A stretch of DNA of 64,000 bases from Callorhinchus milii (GCF_018977255.1 NW_024704742.1:84880001-84944000), one strand, 5' to 3'; shown: positions 25,101-37,869, counted from the stretch's first letter. Program-made: numbers and translations. The notes: generated by a model from the letters alone, not told the origin.

Positions 25101-28100
25101 TCCTTCACAGAATATACTGTAAAGTGGATTGACTATATTTTGTGGGCAAAATCTTTCTCCAATAAGATCCAGTGAAATGAAGTCCCATATCATAGCAGTG
25201 TGAAAAAGTCCCATGGCTCCATAAATGGTCACAAGGAAGTTATTAGTTGACTTCATGGCTGACTTTAGCAGGTGAACTATTTGTGTATAAATAGAGGAAG
25301 CACATACATGCAAACGTCTAAGTGGTAACACAGCTGTGGACTCGAGCAACATCCTCCAAATTTCTCATTGTACAGGACGTCATCTGAACTCCTTGATGTG
25401 TCACTGACTCGGAAATTGCTCCCAGCTATGCATAAACTTATATTTACACATTACAGAATTTTATACATCAAAAAAGTTTTTCCTCAGGGTCAAAGTGAAT
25501 TGTGGAAACAGGATACTTCACATAAGGCACACTTTACTGAGTCACAAGAGTGATTTCCTAATATCATTGCTCAAAAGAATATCCTGTTTTGCCTTACTTA
25601 AGCGTATCAGAACGGACACATGTGAGCGAAGGAAAAAGAGAAAGGTCCACAAAGGAAATAGGCTGATTGCACAGCCAGCGTATCTGCGCAAACCATCAAT
25701 GGAGATCAGAGTACAAACCAATCTGACAACTAATCAATAGGCACTTTAATAACCAGGCGGAAGAATATAACACAATCTGCTCCAAAGATAAAATAATTGC
25801 TGTCCCAAAAAGACCCGAATTCCCACCTCGCCCCTCCTCAAAATATACACACATAAGTTTTATTCACCACTATCGGCAGTCGGGCCTGCAGCTTCTCTGC
25901 CCCCACCCTTTGGAACTCCATTCCCTTCGCCTTGCTTCCTCCCTTGTCTCCTTCAAGGCCAATTTCAAGAACCTCCTCTGCAACCACGCCTTCGGTCACC
26001 CTCCTACCCAGACCCTCCTTGCCTTCCACGCCTCCTGATCCCAAACCCCAGCTCGGGTTCCAAATCCGTCATTGTCCAGAACCTTGGGACATCCTCCCAA
26101 TGTGAAAGACGCAATGAAAATGTAATTTGTTGTTGTTGAATTCATAGAATCATACAGCACATAAGGAGGCCAATCGGCCCATCGTGTCTGTGTCGGCTCT
26201 TTGAAAAGAGCTATCCAAATCAATCCCACTCCCCCGCGCTCACCCCATAGCCCTGCAAACTTGTCCTCCCCAAATTATAATCTAATTAATCTAAGTATTC
26301 ACTGGTGCTCACAGCAACTAAATAAAAGGGAGGAGATGGATGCTGAATTTTCCCTGTAACTGCAAATAAATCACCCACCAGGCAGGGAGAACTCACTCTA
26401 ATGGCTACTGCTAACTCTGGACTTCAGGGATCGACTTGGTTTCATTTTCCTCAATTCAAATGTTAAAGGTTGTCCATTAATGATTTTCTCCTGGATTAGG
26501 ATGATCCCCATTGTTAGTGGATTAAGAAAGTAAACCTAGAAAATACTTTCAGGGCTGCCAGGCAGCAGCACAAAAGGGTATAGGTTCAATGTACATTTGT
26601 TAACAAAATAAAGTATAGCCTGGCTATTAATAATAATAATAGTGATCATAATAAGTCTGAGAAGCACATCTCTCATGTGAGCTTGCCTGCCCTCTGTGGG
26701 GAATGGGTCCCAGACTGGAAACAATACTATTATTGTGCAAATGAATTTCACGCATCTGTTTGGGCCATTCTCTTTCAGGTGATGGGCTGGTATATCTCAC
26801 TTAATGCACATGAACATTAGTATTTTTTTGTCTCAGATTTCAAGGCAAATTTCAAGTTCATATTTCACCCAACCAGCTAAGATTTCCACTTTTGACAAAA
26901 TTGATAAAATAGTGAAATGCTAATAATAATCCTTCTATTTGATATGTTGCCTTATCGTGTTATCAAAACATCTCAAAGTGCTTTACAGGATTTTATTGTG
27001 AAGTAATGACTGTTTATTTGTAGGCAAACACGGCAGCCAATTTGCACGCAGCAATGTCCCACAAACAGCCCTGAAGTGAGTGACCAATTTTACTTTGGGG
27101 GATTGTTGTTCAGGACATCAGGAGTAACTCCTTTCTCTTTTTGAATAGTGCCATGGGATCTCTCAGTTTAACATCTCATCAGAAGGATGGCACCTCTGAC
27201 AATGGAACACACCCCCAGCACTTCATTACAGCCTGGACTCTATGGGTTCAAAAACCCGCCATAGGGATTGAATCCATTACCTTTTGACTGAGAGGCTGAC
27301 ACACATAACTTGGTTACCCAAATTTTCCTCTGGTAACTGCACTGCTCACTACTGGACTTGACACTATCTTCTACAAAGCAAAGAGAAGCAAAACTTCATA
27401 CAATGAAAGTAATCAGAGATCAGTATACATACTTATGCAGTGACTTCCGTCATTGGGAGTGAAGGACGACATATTATTGGATGGTCTATAACCTGTACTA
27501 CATGTACAATAAAAGCTGCCATGTGTATTGTAACAAGCCGCATGGTATCCACAGACCAAGCGACCGGCTTTAATCTGGCATTCGTTTTTATCTGTGAATT
27601 GAACACACAAAACACACACAAACACATTAATGAACAATTTTCACAGCATAATAATAATCCTTGCATTTGATATAGCACATTGAGACGTCTCAAAGCGTTA
27701 CACAGAATATATTGTAAATATGCTTCAAACATCCAGATAACAAGGACCGATCTCAATCATAGGCTGTCTATACACTCGGCTGCATGTCTAGCTCCTTGCT
27801 GACAGATGTATAGAAAGTTCATTATACCTCTGAGTGGATTCCAAGAATTCCAAGACCAGAAGCTCTTTGAAGGTGGTCCAAGTGATATTGTAAGAATGAA
27901 TCAAACGCAGTTAATGTTCAACATTTGATCCCTTAAATCACATTAGTCGTAAACTAAGTGATCACCTACCTACATGAAGCCAACATTGGTTCCACTGAGC
28001 ATTGGGACTTCTGGCTGGGCAGGGCAGCTGGCTGTATATTGAAAGTTCAGTTATTTTACAGGCCAAATGTTCCTTGGTGTTTATGGTGCACATTTGGATG

Positions 28101-31100
28101 AACACAATAAAAAATGTATCTTGGAGCAAATGACCACATCATCCATAGGACAGCACGGCTAAAAATGCAATGTCCTCCCTTGTCACGGAGCAAACACATT
28201 GTGCATTGGAGCTCCAGAGTGTTGCGTTACAGAGGAATGGGACTTGGATATCAATTCAATTTCCTACAATACTGACCCCCTCTCCTCTTTGCAGGAAAGT
28301 CCAGTGACTGTGTGTTTTCATAATGGGCAAATCTATCAGGCACTGGGCATCAATGGGAATTTCTCAGTGTGTTTGTTTTTAAGGGGTCTAAAGGCAGAAA
28401 TATGTAAGATTATTGGAAGAGAGATTACAGTGCGTAGGTTATGTGATGGCTTAGCACCCACAGGCCCATTGTAACAAGATAGACAAGGAGGATTTGCATC
28501 CATAATTCCCACACTGAAGGATTGGCTTTATACATGCCATTCAGGATAGGCTGGGCTGGAACTGGGCTGGGATCAGTGAGCTAGCTGCTCACGTGTATTC
28601 TGGCACATGACTTACACAGCACCATTGGCAGTGACCTGGGAGCAGATCTTCTTGGTACAATATTTGTTAAGAAAATTCAAATAAGGGAAGAAGGAGCTGA
28701 ACATTTAAATCTCTTATGAAAACAAAAACAAAATAATACGAATAAGTAGAATAATAAATGTAAATTCAAATTGCCTTCACTCTTCCCTCCTCCTCCCCAA
28801 CTCCAAAAAATATTAATTCGACTCTGGTTGTCTAATTTTGGGACTAACATTTTTATATTGTTATTGGCAGGTTTTATTGGCAAGGTAATATTGGATTGAA
28901 CAGTTAACAGAACCAGCCTGTTTCCTGTAGCTTTAGCCTCAGCTATTCCTTCACAGTCACACCACAGAAATAACAAATGCAAATTCTTGACAAATATCTC
29001 ACCGGAACAGAAATTCCTTCCATTGCCACTGAATCCGTAGTTGCAGATACAGGTTTTGTAGTGACCTCTGTCGTGGCATGTAGCGTTTCTGTGACACGTG
29101 GCACACACATCTCTGATTGAGTCCGTTGCTACAGCTATGCCTGAAAGAAAGCCATAGGCACTTAACAGTGAAATGGGCTTCACATTGCTTGTTCACCACC
29201 CTCCTTACGTGGTCTCATCTGAAGCCAATGGCACACTGAGTTAGTACCTCATTCAAGTCATTATGCATCATGTGTAAACAGAGAGTGTGGGCTAACTAGT
29301 CAAAAGGAATGTCCACCACCAGTCAAAGATCATTGTATAATTGTAGCGATTTGCCCACAAAATATACAGTGAATCCACTTTACATTATATTCTGTGAAGC
29401 GCCTTTGAGATGTCTCGAAGACATGATAAGGCATTGTATCAAATGCAAGGATTACTATTATTATTAATATTGTATACTTTGCCTGAGTATGTTACTAGGA
29501 GCAAACGTGTCACAGCAATTTTACAATACCACTAAAAATGGAACATTCCGAACTGCTTTTAAACACTGAAAAATGTTCTGAAATGATTATTTCTTTGACC
29601 ATCTGGGTCAACAGTATACTGTCCATTGTATTGTCTCAAAGATCTGGTCATTTCCCTTCAGAGGAGTTAGGGCTAGACTTAGACTCAAAAAAGCAGTGAA
29701 TAAAGAGGAGTGCACAGCAAATACAGCTGCAAAACCTCCCTTTGTATAATTCTATAGCTTCGCCATTTTGCTCAGAGATGCATTTGGAGTCCGGGCATTG
29801 ATCCTGCTTTGGTCAGAAGCCTCAATACGAAAAATAAAAAGGAAAAGAACATTTGTGTATCCCAAAGCATTGGGTGGCAGGGAAGGAGATGGTAAGAATG
29901 GCTTGTGTGAAAGTCCAGTTGGAAAAATGCTACAACAGAGTTCTCACGAGAGTCATTTCTGTTTGACTTTGCATTTCCCCTGTTCAAAGAGCACTAACGC
30001 TGCTGGCGGCAGTGGTCATTAAGCTGTTTCATGCTCTGTCATGACAATATACAAGTCTGGGAATTAACATAGAAACATTTTACATTGAGATTGAAGAAGG
30101 ATATAAAAGCAATAGTAACAGTGCACTCGCTGTAGATTCAAAGTTGGATTGTTAAAATAATAATATTAGTAATAATATGAATAATCCTTGCATTTGATAT
30201 AGCACCTTACACGTCAGGAGGTCGTCTCAAAGAACTTCACGGGACTTACTGTAAAGTGCAGTGACTGGGTATTTTGTGGGCAAACAAGGCAGCCAATTTA
30301 CGTAAAGCAATATCCCACAAATAGCCATGGAGTGAACGATCATTTTTTTTCTCTCTTGGGGGTTTGGCCAAGTCACTGGGAGAAATTCCATTCTCTTTTT
30401 TTGAATATTGCCATGGGATTTTTAATGTCCACCTGAACAAGCAGACATTGGTTTAACATCTCACTCAAAGGATTGGGCCACCAATAATGTATCACTCCCC
30501 ATCACTGTATTGGAATGTCAGCTAAGACTATGTGAGTTCAAATCCCAACGTGATGAATCCACAACCTTCTGCCTCAGAGGCAAGAGTGCTAACAACTGGG
30601 GGGCCGTCCTTCGGATGCAATGTTAAACCGAGGCCTGACTGTTAAAGTGCTAGTTAAAAATCTCATGGCACGATTCAAAAAGTATTTCTCTCAGTGTCCT
30701 GGCCAATAATTCCCCACATAAAATTGGTCATTCATTTCATGGCTGCCACATTTGCATACAGATAAAGTCACTATACTTTACAGTACATCCTGTGATACAC
30801 TTTGAAGTGAGGAAATTCAGTAAAATATTCAATGCCCAAATTCCCAGGAGCAAATAAAAATCTTCGGTGAGTTTTATATATCCTTCAAAGTGAGCGATGT
30901 CAATCCTGGGAAATGAACTTTCTCCCATATAGTCCACCCATTCCCAGTCCAGGTCCTGCATGGTTAGACACAAAACAAAGCTCTCACTCGATTCCCATCC
31001 TTGCTATCGCTCTGTTCTACCCCATCCTCAGGAGAGCAACAACAACAAATTACATTTATATAACGCCTTTCACGTCAGGAGAACATCCCAAGGTGCTGGA

Positions 31101-32735
31101 CAGTAAGGGATCCACACCTTCTTCTGTACTCATGTGATTTGTCACTTGCCTCCTTGAGTATGGGGCCAATTCAGTTTCATTCACAGTACTGTAGTGTTAA
31201 ATTAAGAGTATTTCAGTGCTATAAACCCACATTCACTGGTGTGTGGATTGAGATTGCCCCAGACTCAATCCCATAGGAGTTTTAAAGCCAACCCACAAAG
31301 GAAGCTTTCTTCCATTATTCTGGTCTGGACTTGAATTTGGGTGCTATATTCTGGATCATCATCATCACAATAATAAATAATAATCTGCAAAAAGTAGCCG
31401 TTTTTGGAATATATTAAGAAAGTATATTAAGAAAAGTAACATCCATTCATATGTAACGTGGCAGTGTTATTGGTCTGGTTGACCCATCACTGAAAGCCAT
31501 TTAGAAACTATCTCTGCAGAGTGATTTAAACTGTAATAACATAATAATAATAATAATCCTATACAGTATACTGGGTTATACATACTTAAGTCAAAGTGGA
31601 CTGCACTAGGTTAGTTGTCAGTTGCAGGATATGATCATGAACAGGAGGACGCAATATTCCTTCACTAAATTGTTTGACCACCAGCTACACTACAAGATAT
31701 CAGCTGCAAATGACTGTATTGACACGTGTTTTACAGCACAATGTGCTCAAGGAATTATTTTGCAATTGGTAAGCAGAATTCTAAGAGAATCCCAAAACAA
31801 GTACAAATCTTTATAATAATATAATAATAATAATGCAGTATTTATCAAATGCAGCCGAAACCCTCGAGCATGTGTTGCTCACCTCCCGCCTGGTTTACTC
31901 AAATGCACTTCTCGCTGGTCTCCCCAGCTCCACTATTCAAAAGCTCCAGCTCACTCAGAACTCTGCCGCCCACATACTGACCTGGACCAAACTCCGTACC
32001 ACATCTCACCAGGTCTGGCCAGGCTCCACTGGCTCCCCATCACCGAACAGATCGACTTCGAGATTCTCACACTCCTCGTGTTCAAATCCCTTCATTCTCT
32101 GACACCTCCCTACCTCTCCGACCTCCACATTCCCCAATCCACCACCCAGCGCCTCCACTCGACTGGCACCGGCCTCCTCCTCGTCCCTCGTATCCTCTGC
32201 CCTATCATCGGAGGTCGCAACTGAATTCTGCTTTCAGCCACTATGTCCCAAAACTCTGGAACACGCTCCCTCAATCCCTCCGGCTTGCCCCTTCTCCCCC
32301 CTTTCAAGTTCCGCCTGAAAACCTTCCTCTTCAACCGTGCTTACGGCTACCTGCCCCCCCAACCCCAGCTCAGAGTCAGGCTCCACCACTGTTAAACGCC
32401 TGCATGAAGGGTGCTATACAAGTGCAAGTTGTTGTTTTTGTTGTTACGTTCATTAGATTCCCTTTAAAAATAACACATTATTTTTAGTTATAACATTTTT
32501 CAAAACTATCTAAATACAGACACTCCTGTGGCTCTCATACGGAAGTTTAGGACACACATCAACTGCAGGATGAAGAATGACATATAAATGTAATATTAAG
32601 TAAACAGAGTTATTTTCACAGTCAAAATTGATTGGACTCACGTTGTAAATGCAGAAGGCTGCAGGCGATCAGCAGGACACTGCGGTGTAGTGTGTGGAGA
32701 GTGGGGCTCCTGCCCCTGGTCACCTCTGCCCTCAT
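951..32735 (-). CDS. SUSD1: Sushi domain-containing protein 1, multi-exon gene span (18 coding exons in window; 3' end lies left of the window)
   Basis: Exons join in frame with GT/AG ends: signal peptide, EGF (DVCATCH...[15 protein letters not shown]), cbEGF (DKNEC...FTPNDGSHC), 13 sushi, then LFNNSCLKW and [15 protein letters not shown]. These match the human SUSD1 motifs as I recall them; adjacent to PTBP3 as in mammals. Confidence 0.93.
1447..1832 (-). mobile_element. tRNA-derived SINE (related subfamily)
   Basis: Head tagtgtagcggtaagagcgctcacc...gggttcaattcg; shared body and (ATT)n tail. Confidence 0.8.
2651..2745 (-). CDS. SUSD1: SUSD1 exon after the sushi block (FN3-like, first half)
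   Basis: tttccag| 95 nt |[38 protein letters not shown]; phase 1 in, phase 0 out. Confidence 0.85.
3585..3764 (-). CDS. SUSD1: SUSD1 sushi/CCP exon S13 (resembles mammalian sushi 2)
   Basis: tcttttaaag| 180 nt |[66 protein letters not shown] (EINCGNPP...NHSSxLG motif). Confidence 0.92.
4906..5085 (-). CDS. SUSD1: SUSD1 sushi/CCP exon S12
   Basis: ctccag| 180 nt |[66 protein letters not shown]. Confidence 0.9.
5963..6142 (-). CDS. SUSD1: SUSD1 sushi/CCP exon S11 (resembles mammalian sushi 1)
   Basis: tgtgtag| 180 nt |[66 protein letters not shown] (SLGSQV motif). Confidence 0.9.
6261..6505. mobile_element. Palindromic Penelope-like short insertion with 11-bp target-site duplication, nested in a SINE
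   Basis: Inverted arms 6314-6399 and 6422-6507; ctagataaatg at 6250-6260 and 6506-6516; family assignment from recollection of chondrichthyan repeats. Confidence 0.7.
9445..9624 (-). CDS. SUSD1: SUSD1 sushi/CCP exon S10
   Basis: 180 nt, [64 protein letters not shown]. Confidence 0.88.
10228..10545 (-). mobile_element. L2 LINE 3' fragment (duplicated at about 17690-18010)
   Basis: [16 protein letters not shown] motif and tail. Confidence 0.8.
10915..11230 (-). mobile_element. tRNA-derived SINE (same family; duplicated at about 18770-19085)
   Basis: Same head (ggagtcctgtagctcagtggttagagca) and tail as 38349-38662. Confidence 0.85.
12381..12560 (-). CDS. SUSD1: SUSD1 sushi/CCP exon S9
   Basis: 180 nt, AG/GT; same peptide as S4. 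Confidence 0.87.
13029..13208 (-). CDS. SUSD1: SUSD1 sushi/CCP exon S8
   Basis: 180 nt, [64 protein letters not shown]. Confidence 0.87.
13338..13695 (-). mobile_element. tRNA-derived SINE between S7 and S8
   Basis: Shared body (gtttacctagcagtaagtaggaacc) and tail. Confidence 0.8.
13803..13982 (-). CDS. SUSD1: SUSD1 sushi/CCP exon S7 (weak acceptor)
   Basis: 180 nt, aaaaccaacctcag| ... |[66 protein letters not shown]. Confidence 0.78.
15482..15661 (-). CDS. SUSD1: SUSD1 sushi/CCP exon S6
   Basis: 180 nt, [64 protein letters not shown]. Confidence 0.87.
16908..17087 (-). CDS. SUSD1: SUSD1 sushi/CCP exon S5
   Basis: 180 nt, [64 protein letters not shown]. Confidence 0.87.
20236..20415 (-). 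CDS. SUSD1: SUSD1 sushi/CCP exon S4
   Basis: 180 nt, [64 protein letters not shown]; appears identical to S9. Confidence 0.87.
20894..21073 (-). CDS. SUSD1: SUSD1 sushi/CCP exon S3 (apparent mosaic)
   Basis: 180 nt, [64 protein letters not shown]. Confidence 0.87.
21600..22950 (+). mobile_element. Degenerate, internally deleted L2-clade LINE (ORF2 reverse transcriptase fragments)
   Basis: Frameshifted RT motifs: [22 protein letters not shown]...[46 protein letters not shown]. Confidence 0.9.
23375..23554 (-). CDS. SUSD1: SUSD1 sushi/CCP exon S2 (most divergent array member)
   Basis: tctcctcag| 180 nt |[66 protein letters not shown]. Confidence 0.88.
24511..24690 (-). CDS. SUSD1: SUSD1 sushi/CCP exon S1 (expanded array)
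   Basis: tctcctcag| 180 nt |[65 protein letters not shown]; 4 Cys plus Trp. Confidence 0.88.
26925..27300 (-). mobile_element. Deu-domain-type SINE (similar copies at about 11230-11555, 30180-30600, 33520-33830, 35085-35345, 48730-49070)
   Basis: Conserved core (aaagatcccatggcactattc..aaaagaga.ggagtt..tcc.ggtgtcctggccaa) plus family tail. Confidence 0.65.
27433..27591 (-). CDS. SUSD1: SUSD1 exon 3, calcium-binding EGF-like domain
   Basis: ttcacag| acceptor, 159 nt, A|GTATGT donor; [53 protein letters not shown]. Confidence 0.93.
   Translation of the reverse strand: MKTNARLKPVAWSVDTMRLVTIHMAAFIVHVVQVIDHPIICRPSLPMTEVTA
29003..29140 (-). CDS. SUSD1: SUSD1 exon 2, EGF-like domain 1
   Basis: ctttctttcag| acceptor, 138 nt, G|GTGAGA donor; [45 protein letters not shown]. 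Confidence 0.93.
31850..32445 (+). mobile_element. L2 LINE 3' fragment
   Basis: [29 protein letters not shown]-terminal motif; ends gctatacaagtgcaagttgttgtt. Confidence 0.85.
32642..32735 (-). CDS. SUSD1: SUSD1 coding exon 1 (start codon, signal peptide [31 protein letters not shown])
   Basis: ATG at 32735 in gcaATGA context; hydrophobic stretch; C|GTGAGT donor, phase 1, joins the next exon in frame (C+GC = R, then IAVATDS). Confidence 0.78.
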
Positions 32736-32865
32736 TGCTGACTCTGACACTGACACTGAGCCTCTGTGGTTGCTTTGCTCCTCCTTATATTCACTGGTAC
32801 AGAGAGTGCCTGCCTGCCTGGCTGTCGGTCTGCTGGCTGCTCTGCATCTGGAGATCTATGATAAG

Positions 32866-32882
32866 TGTGTGTGTGTGTGTGT
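32866..32882. repeat. (TG)n microsatellite just upstream of the SUSD1 start codon
   Basis: Direct reading. Confidence 0.8.
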
Positions 32883-34052
32883 TTAAACCAGTGGGGAAAC
32901 TTGGAAAAGTAGTGAAAATAAAAAAAAGTTATTTGTAGCTTTGTTATCAATTTGGAGCTGAAAATAAATAGGCTGCTGTTTTGTGATCTACTCAGACAGC
33001 ACACAATGAGTCCCACTGCAGTTTGCAAACACTCTCATTTTTATTTGGCTACCTGTCTTATATATTACAATAAGGCGGATGTTTCTATTTAAGGAGGGGA
33101 AGAATTAATATCCATAATGTTTTTACCATATTAGGCTTGACTGTAATTGTGTGATTCACAATTTCCTGTAGTATTTTTACTTAGGAGGGAGGGAGAGGAA
33201 ATACAGTACAGTAGAAGACCAGCTGAGAGGAGCTTTGATGTTAGCAGCCAAAGCAGTGAGCTTCACAGTACAATATACAATGGGGCTTGAGAGGCAATTC
33301 TACTGTTACAGTTTTAGATCCTTTCACATCTCTTCCAGATTCTTGGATTTTGTTTACGCATTAGACATTTTCTTTGCATATCATTTATTGTAAAATGTTA
33401 GTTGTGTGCAAACGTAAAGCTGAGAATCATATATTTTTTCCTACTGTAATTATCATAATAATCCTGGCAATTGCATTTAATATTGTTGCAACTGATTCAG
33501 CACCTGATCAACTCATCGAAACGCCCCAAAGTGCTTCACAGGATATACTGTAAAGTGTAGTGACTGCATTTGTAGGCGAATCCAACAGTCAAATTTTTGC
33601 ACACAGCAATGTCCCACAAACAGCCATGAAGTGAATGAAAAATTTGATCTGGGGAATTATCAGCCAGGACACTGGGAGAAACTCCCTTCCCTTTTCCAAT
33701 AGTGCTTTAATGTCTTTAACGTCCACCTGTACAGGTAGACAGGACCTCAGTTTAATATCTCATCAGAAGGATGACACCTCCAACAGTGCAGTACCCCAAC
33801 ACTGCACTGGAGTGTCACCTTAGACTATGTAGTGGAGTCTCTTAGCATAGTCCGCATCACCCCCTCCTTTGCTTCCTTCAAGACCCATCTCAAGACCCTC
33901 CTCTTCAACCGTGCCTTCAGTCATCCTCCTTCCCTCCCTGCCCTCCATCCTCCCTGATCCTGACCCCCAGCTCGGCCCCGAAACACTGATTGTTCAGCAC
34001 CTTGGAACGTCCTCCCGACGTGAAAGGCGCTATACAAATGTAATTTTGTTGT

Positions 34053-34360
34053 TGGTTAGTGCACTTGCCTTGCAAGTGAGAGGACCCGGGTTCAATTTTG
34101 GTCCAGGTGAAACCATAGGTAAGTTTCTCCATACGCCTCTGTTTACCTAGCAGTAAGTAAGAACTAGTCAATTGGCAGTTTGTTTTCCGGGTATACCACT
34201 CAATCCACAACTGTTTGTGGGACACTGCTGTGCGCAATTGGCTGCTGCGTTTTTGCCCACAGAATACAGTCAATTCACTTTACAGTATATTGTGTGAAGC
34301 GCTTTGAGACGTCTCAACAACGTGATAAAGCACTATATCAAATCAAGGATTATTATTATG
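34053..34360 (+). mobile_element. tRNA-derived SINE directly after an L2 3' end (33860-34052)
   Basis: ggttagtgcacttgcc...gggttcaatt head; family tail. Confidence 0.8.
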
Positions 34361-37300
34361 AATTCAACCTTCTGATTCAGAAGAAATGGAATCGAATAAA
34401 TTTTTGAAGAAGAATAATATAACATAAAAGGGTGTGAGGAGCAAGCAGGTTATTGAATGTTAGAGCAGGGAGCTCCAGTTGAGAAGCTAGCACCATCTTA
34501 AACTCGATGGGCCGAATGGCCTCCTCTGACTGTGATTTCTATAACCTATCCTTCACGAACGCCACAGTGATCTGTTTCAACAAATTAAAATAAAGTTTTG
34601 TTCAAAAGATTTCAGAAGCTCCTCAGATCATTTCCAACCTTTTATCAAGTATCACCTTGCAAAACAGGTCATTCGTTGTTCATTTCTTCCTTCCTCCAAC
34701 CCTCCCTGCATCGTAATGTCATGTCTCAGGCACTATTTTCCAGTTCCTGATAGGAAACGTCATGTGTGCAATTTGGATACCAAGTTCTTAAAGAAGAAGT
34801 TCCCGAATGGGGCTTCCGTAAACATGTACATCTTACGCAATATCAAAGCCTTATCTGCCAGGAGGAACATCAATAAGGAAACTGACAAAGGAGAATTTCT
34901 TAAACATTGGCAATGAAATAAAGGCAATGAGGAGTGAAACCCAGAAGACGTCAAGCTATTTTAGATGGAGCAGAGAGGCTTGTTCCAGCATACTACAGAT
35001 AGAAACCCCTGCAGTTGCTGAGATCAGGTACTCTGTGATGTAGGGAGAGCATTTGGGACCTCGATTTCATAAACATCTCATAAACTGAGGACCCTTCTGC
35101 CTGTTCAGGTGGACATTAAAGATCCCTTGGCAGTATTTGAAAAGAGAAGAGAGTTTCTCTTTCCTGGTGTCCTGGCCAACAGTCCCCCAAACAAAATTGG
35201 TCACTCACTCCACGACTGTTTGTGGGACATTGCTGGCTGCCATGTTTCACCCACAAAACACAGTCAATCCACTTTATAGTATATCCTGAGAAGCGCTTTG
35301 AACCATCTTGATGACATGATGAGGCACTATATCACATGCAAGGATTAGAACTGCTCCCATAGATAAAGCCACATGTATAGTGTGGTGATCAAGGACTGTG
35401 GCCTCCTGTGGAGATACATGCTGGCATTCACTTGTGGAGCATTTTTGTTTTAGGGCAAAGGGTGTTCTGAGGTTTCATTATTGTTCTGTCAGGGATGATG
35501 ATGGAGAGCAACCCAATCGGAATGAATAACATATGTTCTCCAAAATGTCACCCCTAGATGCCAAGTTTGGTAAAATTACACACATGATAAAGACGTTCAG
35601 AAAAACGACAAACGGACTGATAACACAAGAGTAAACAACAACAAGCTTACATTTGTACAGTGCCTTTCACGTCGGGAGGACGTCCCAAGGCGCTGATAAA
35701 GAGCTTGACCAGAGAACATAAATGAGACATCTCCATTTGGAATTATTGATCTTTCAATGGGCGACAGAGGAGAAAGAGTATTGATGGGTTTGACTAAAAA
35801 GCCCCAAATTAATATTCTGGATCTACCCAAAGGAAGGCCGCCAATCACAGAGGCCAGAGTCCTGCCCTTTGCTTACACTAAAATTAAGATTGAAGCTTCT
35901 CTGTGTGTTTGGCATATGTCTGTTGAACCAGCATTGAAAAATACTTGAATTAACTTTTTCCAGCATCTTCTAATGGTGAAACAGTTGAAAGGACCTACAG
36001 TGATTCTTTTTGTTGGAGAAAGCAGCAACTATTTTTGGCACAGCTAGGTACCACAAACAGCCATGAAGTAAATGAACAATTTTATCAGAATGGTTGCTCG
36101 ACTAGGACATCAGGAGAGACTCCCTTTCCTGTTCAAATGGTGTCGGGGGTCTTTATCGTGCACTTCAACAGCAGGCAGGCAGGTAGGCAGGTCATACATG
36201 AGTTTTTAATGTCTCATCCCATGAACTGACAAGAAGCATGAACTTTCCAAGACTAAATGTTATGTATTAAGGGGACAGATTGAAGTAAATTTGAAATGCA
36301 TCCTGTGGAATTACTGTTTCTGTAAACAAAAATGTTTTTAAAAATGACTGTGTCTGTAAATCGTTACCAATAGGAATATTGCTTTTCGTTTTAAAATATG
36401 TTTATAGTTTTGCTTTGACATATATATTGCTTTGACAGTATCTTCCAGCCCATCGGTCACAAAAAGCCATTTATCAGTCAGAATTGATTGCCCAGCTGCC
36501 TGTAGAGGTAGTTATCTTTGTGCAACTTAGGACTTGGGATTCCGTCAGACTGCGGATATGAAATGCACATGGAGTTCAACTGAGTGAAACCACTACATTG
36601 GCAGGTCCCATTTCCTGTTTCCTGGCTCCAGTACTGGTTTGGTAATCTGAAGGCTGATAACAGGGGAGATTCCTGCCACCGTCTCATTTATGTTAGGTCC
36701 CCACCCTAAACTCTGGGCGTATGCTGTGAATGAGATTAGCCTATCAAATGCTACAGTCAGACATTCAAACTCTTGAACTGAAAGAGACTCCCACAAACAG
36801 TCGTAGATTGAAAATGACCAATTATTTATCGTTTTTGGTTTTGGAGGGATTATTATTAGGCGTGTGGAGTAAGGAAACTTGCCCAAGGTTTCGCCCTGCC
36901 TGGAATTGAACTGGAATTGAAAAAGCCATTGACTCTTTCACAGCCCCATTACTTTTTACGTTGTCCAGTTTTTAAACTTAATTACATTTTAGATTTTGTG
37001 TTTCTGTGTTTGGTTACTAATTAAGGTAATTGCTCAATAACAATCTATAATAATAACAATAAACCTTGAATTTGATATAGCACCTTTCACATCAGGAGAA
37101 TGCCCAGTCAGCATTTTGAAATGTTCTACCAATGTGAAAGATGCTATGTGAACGTCAATTGGATGGTATACAAGATCCACACGCTCAGTGACAACTTACT
37201 TAATGCCCTAGCACCTCCCTACCTCTCAAACCTTTGCTCAGCTGGCTCCAGCCTTCTGCACATCCCTCGTCCCCTCCGCTCCACCATCAGCGGCTGTGCT

Positions 37301-37869
37301 TTCAGTCACTATACCCAAAACTCTGGAGCTTCCTTCCTCAATCCCTCTGCCTTGCCTCTCTTTACTGTCTTCAGATCACCGGAAGACCTCCCTCTTTGAC
37401 CATGCCTACGGTTACCTCCTCTTTCATAGAATCATAGAATAATAGAATTATACAGCACAGAAGGAGGCCATTCAGCCCATTGTGTCTGTGCCAGTTCTTT
37501 GAAAAGAGCTATCCAAATCAATCCCATTCCCCCGCTCTCTCCCCATAGTCCTGCAAAAAAAATTCTCTCTGGCTCAGTGTTACTTTCCACCATTGTCAAG
37601 TACTCTGAGACACTGCACGACATGAAGGATGCTATATACATGCAAGTTGTTGTTGGACAGTAATTGGATACAATTAAATCTAAAATGTGGGATGGATTGA
37701 TAGTCCAAAAGCTAATCGTGTTCAAACATTTTCAAATTCCCTTAATTGTATAATTAACCACTCAAAAGGGAATTTCAGAATCACCTTTTTGGGTTTCAAG
37801 CCTTTACCCGAGGCATGTAAGTTTGGAGAATAACTAGAGAGTGCACACTGATGGACATGACAAAGCAGT

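Noticed and set aside
28677..29183. 168-aa single-exon protein
   Set aside because: Only 29003-29140 is the EGF exon; the rest is open intron sequence beyond the GT donor.
34716..34954. Possible small gene or processed pseudogene between SUSD1 and PTBP3
   Set aside because: No recognisable domain in the frames examined and no convincing splice-site pair; left unannotated.
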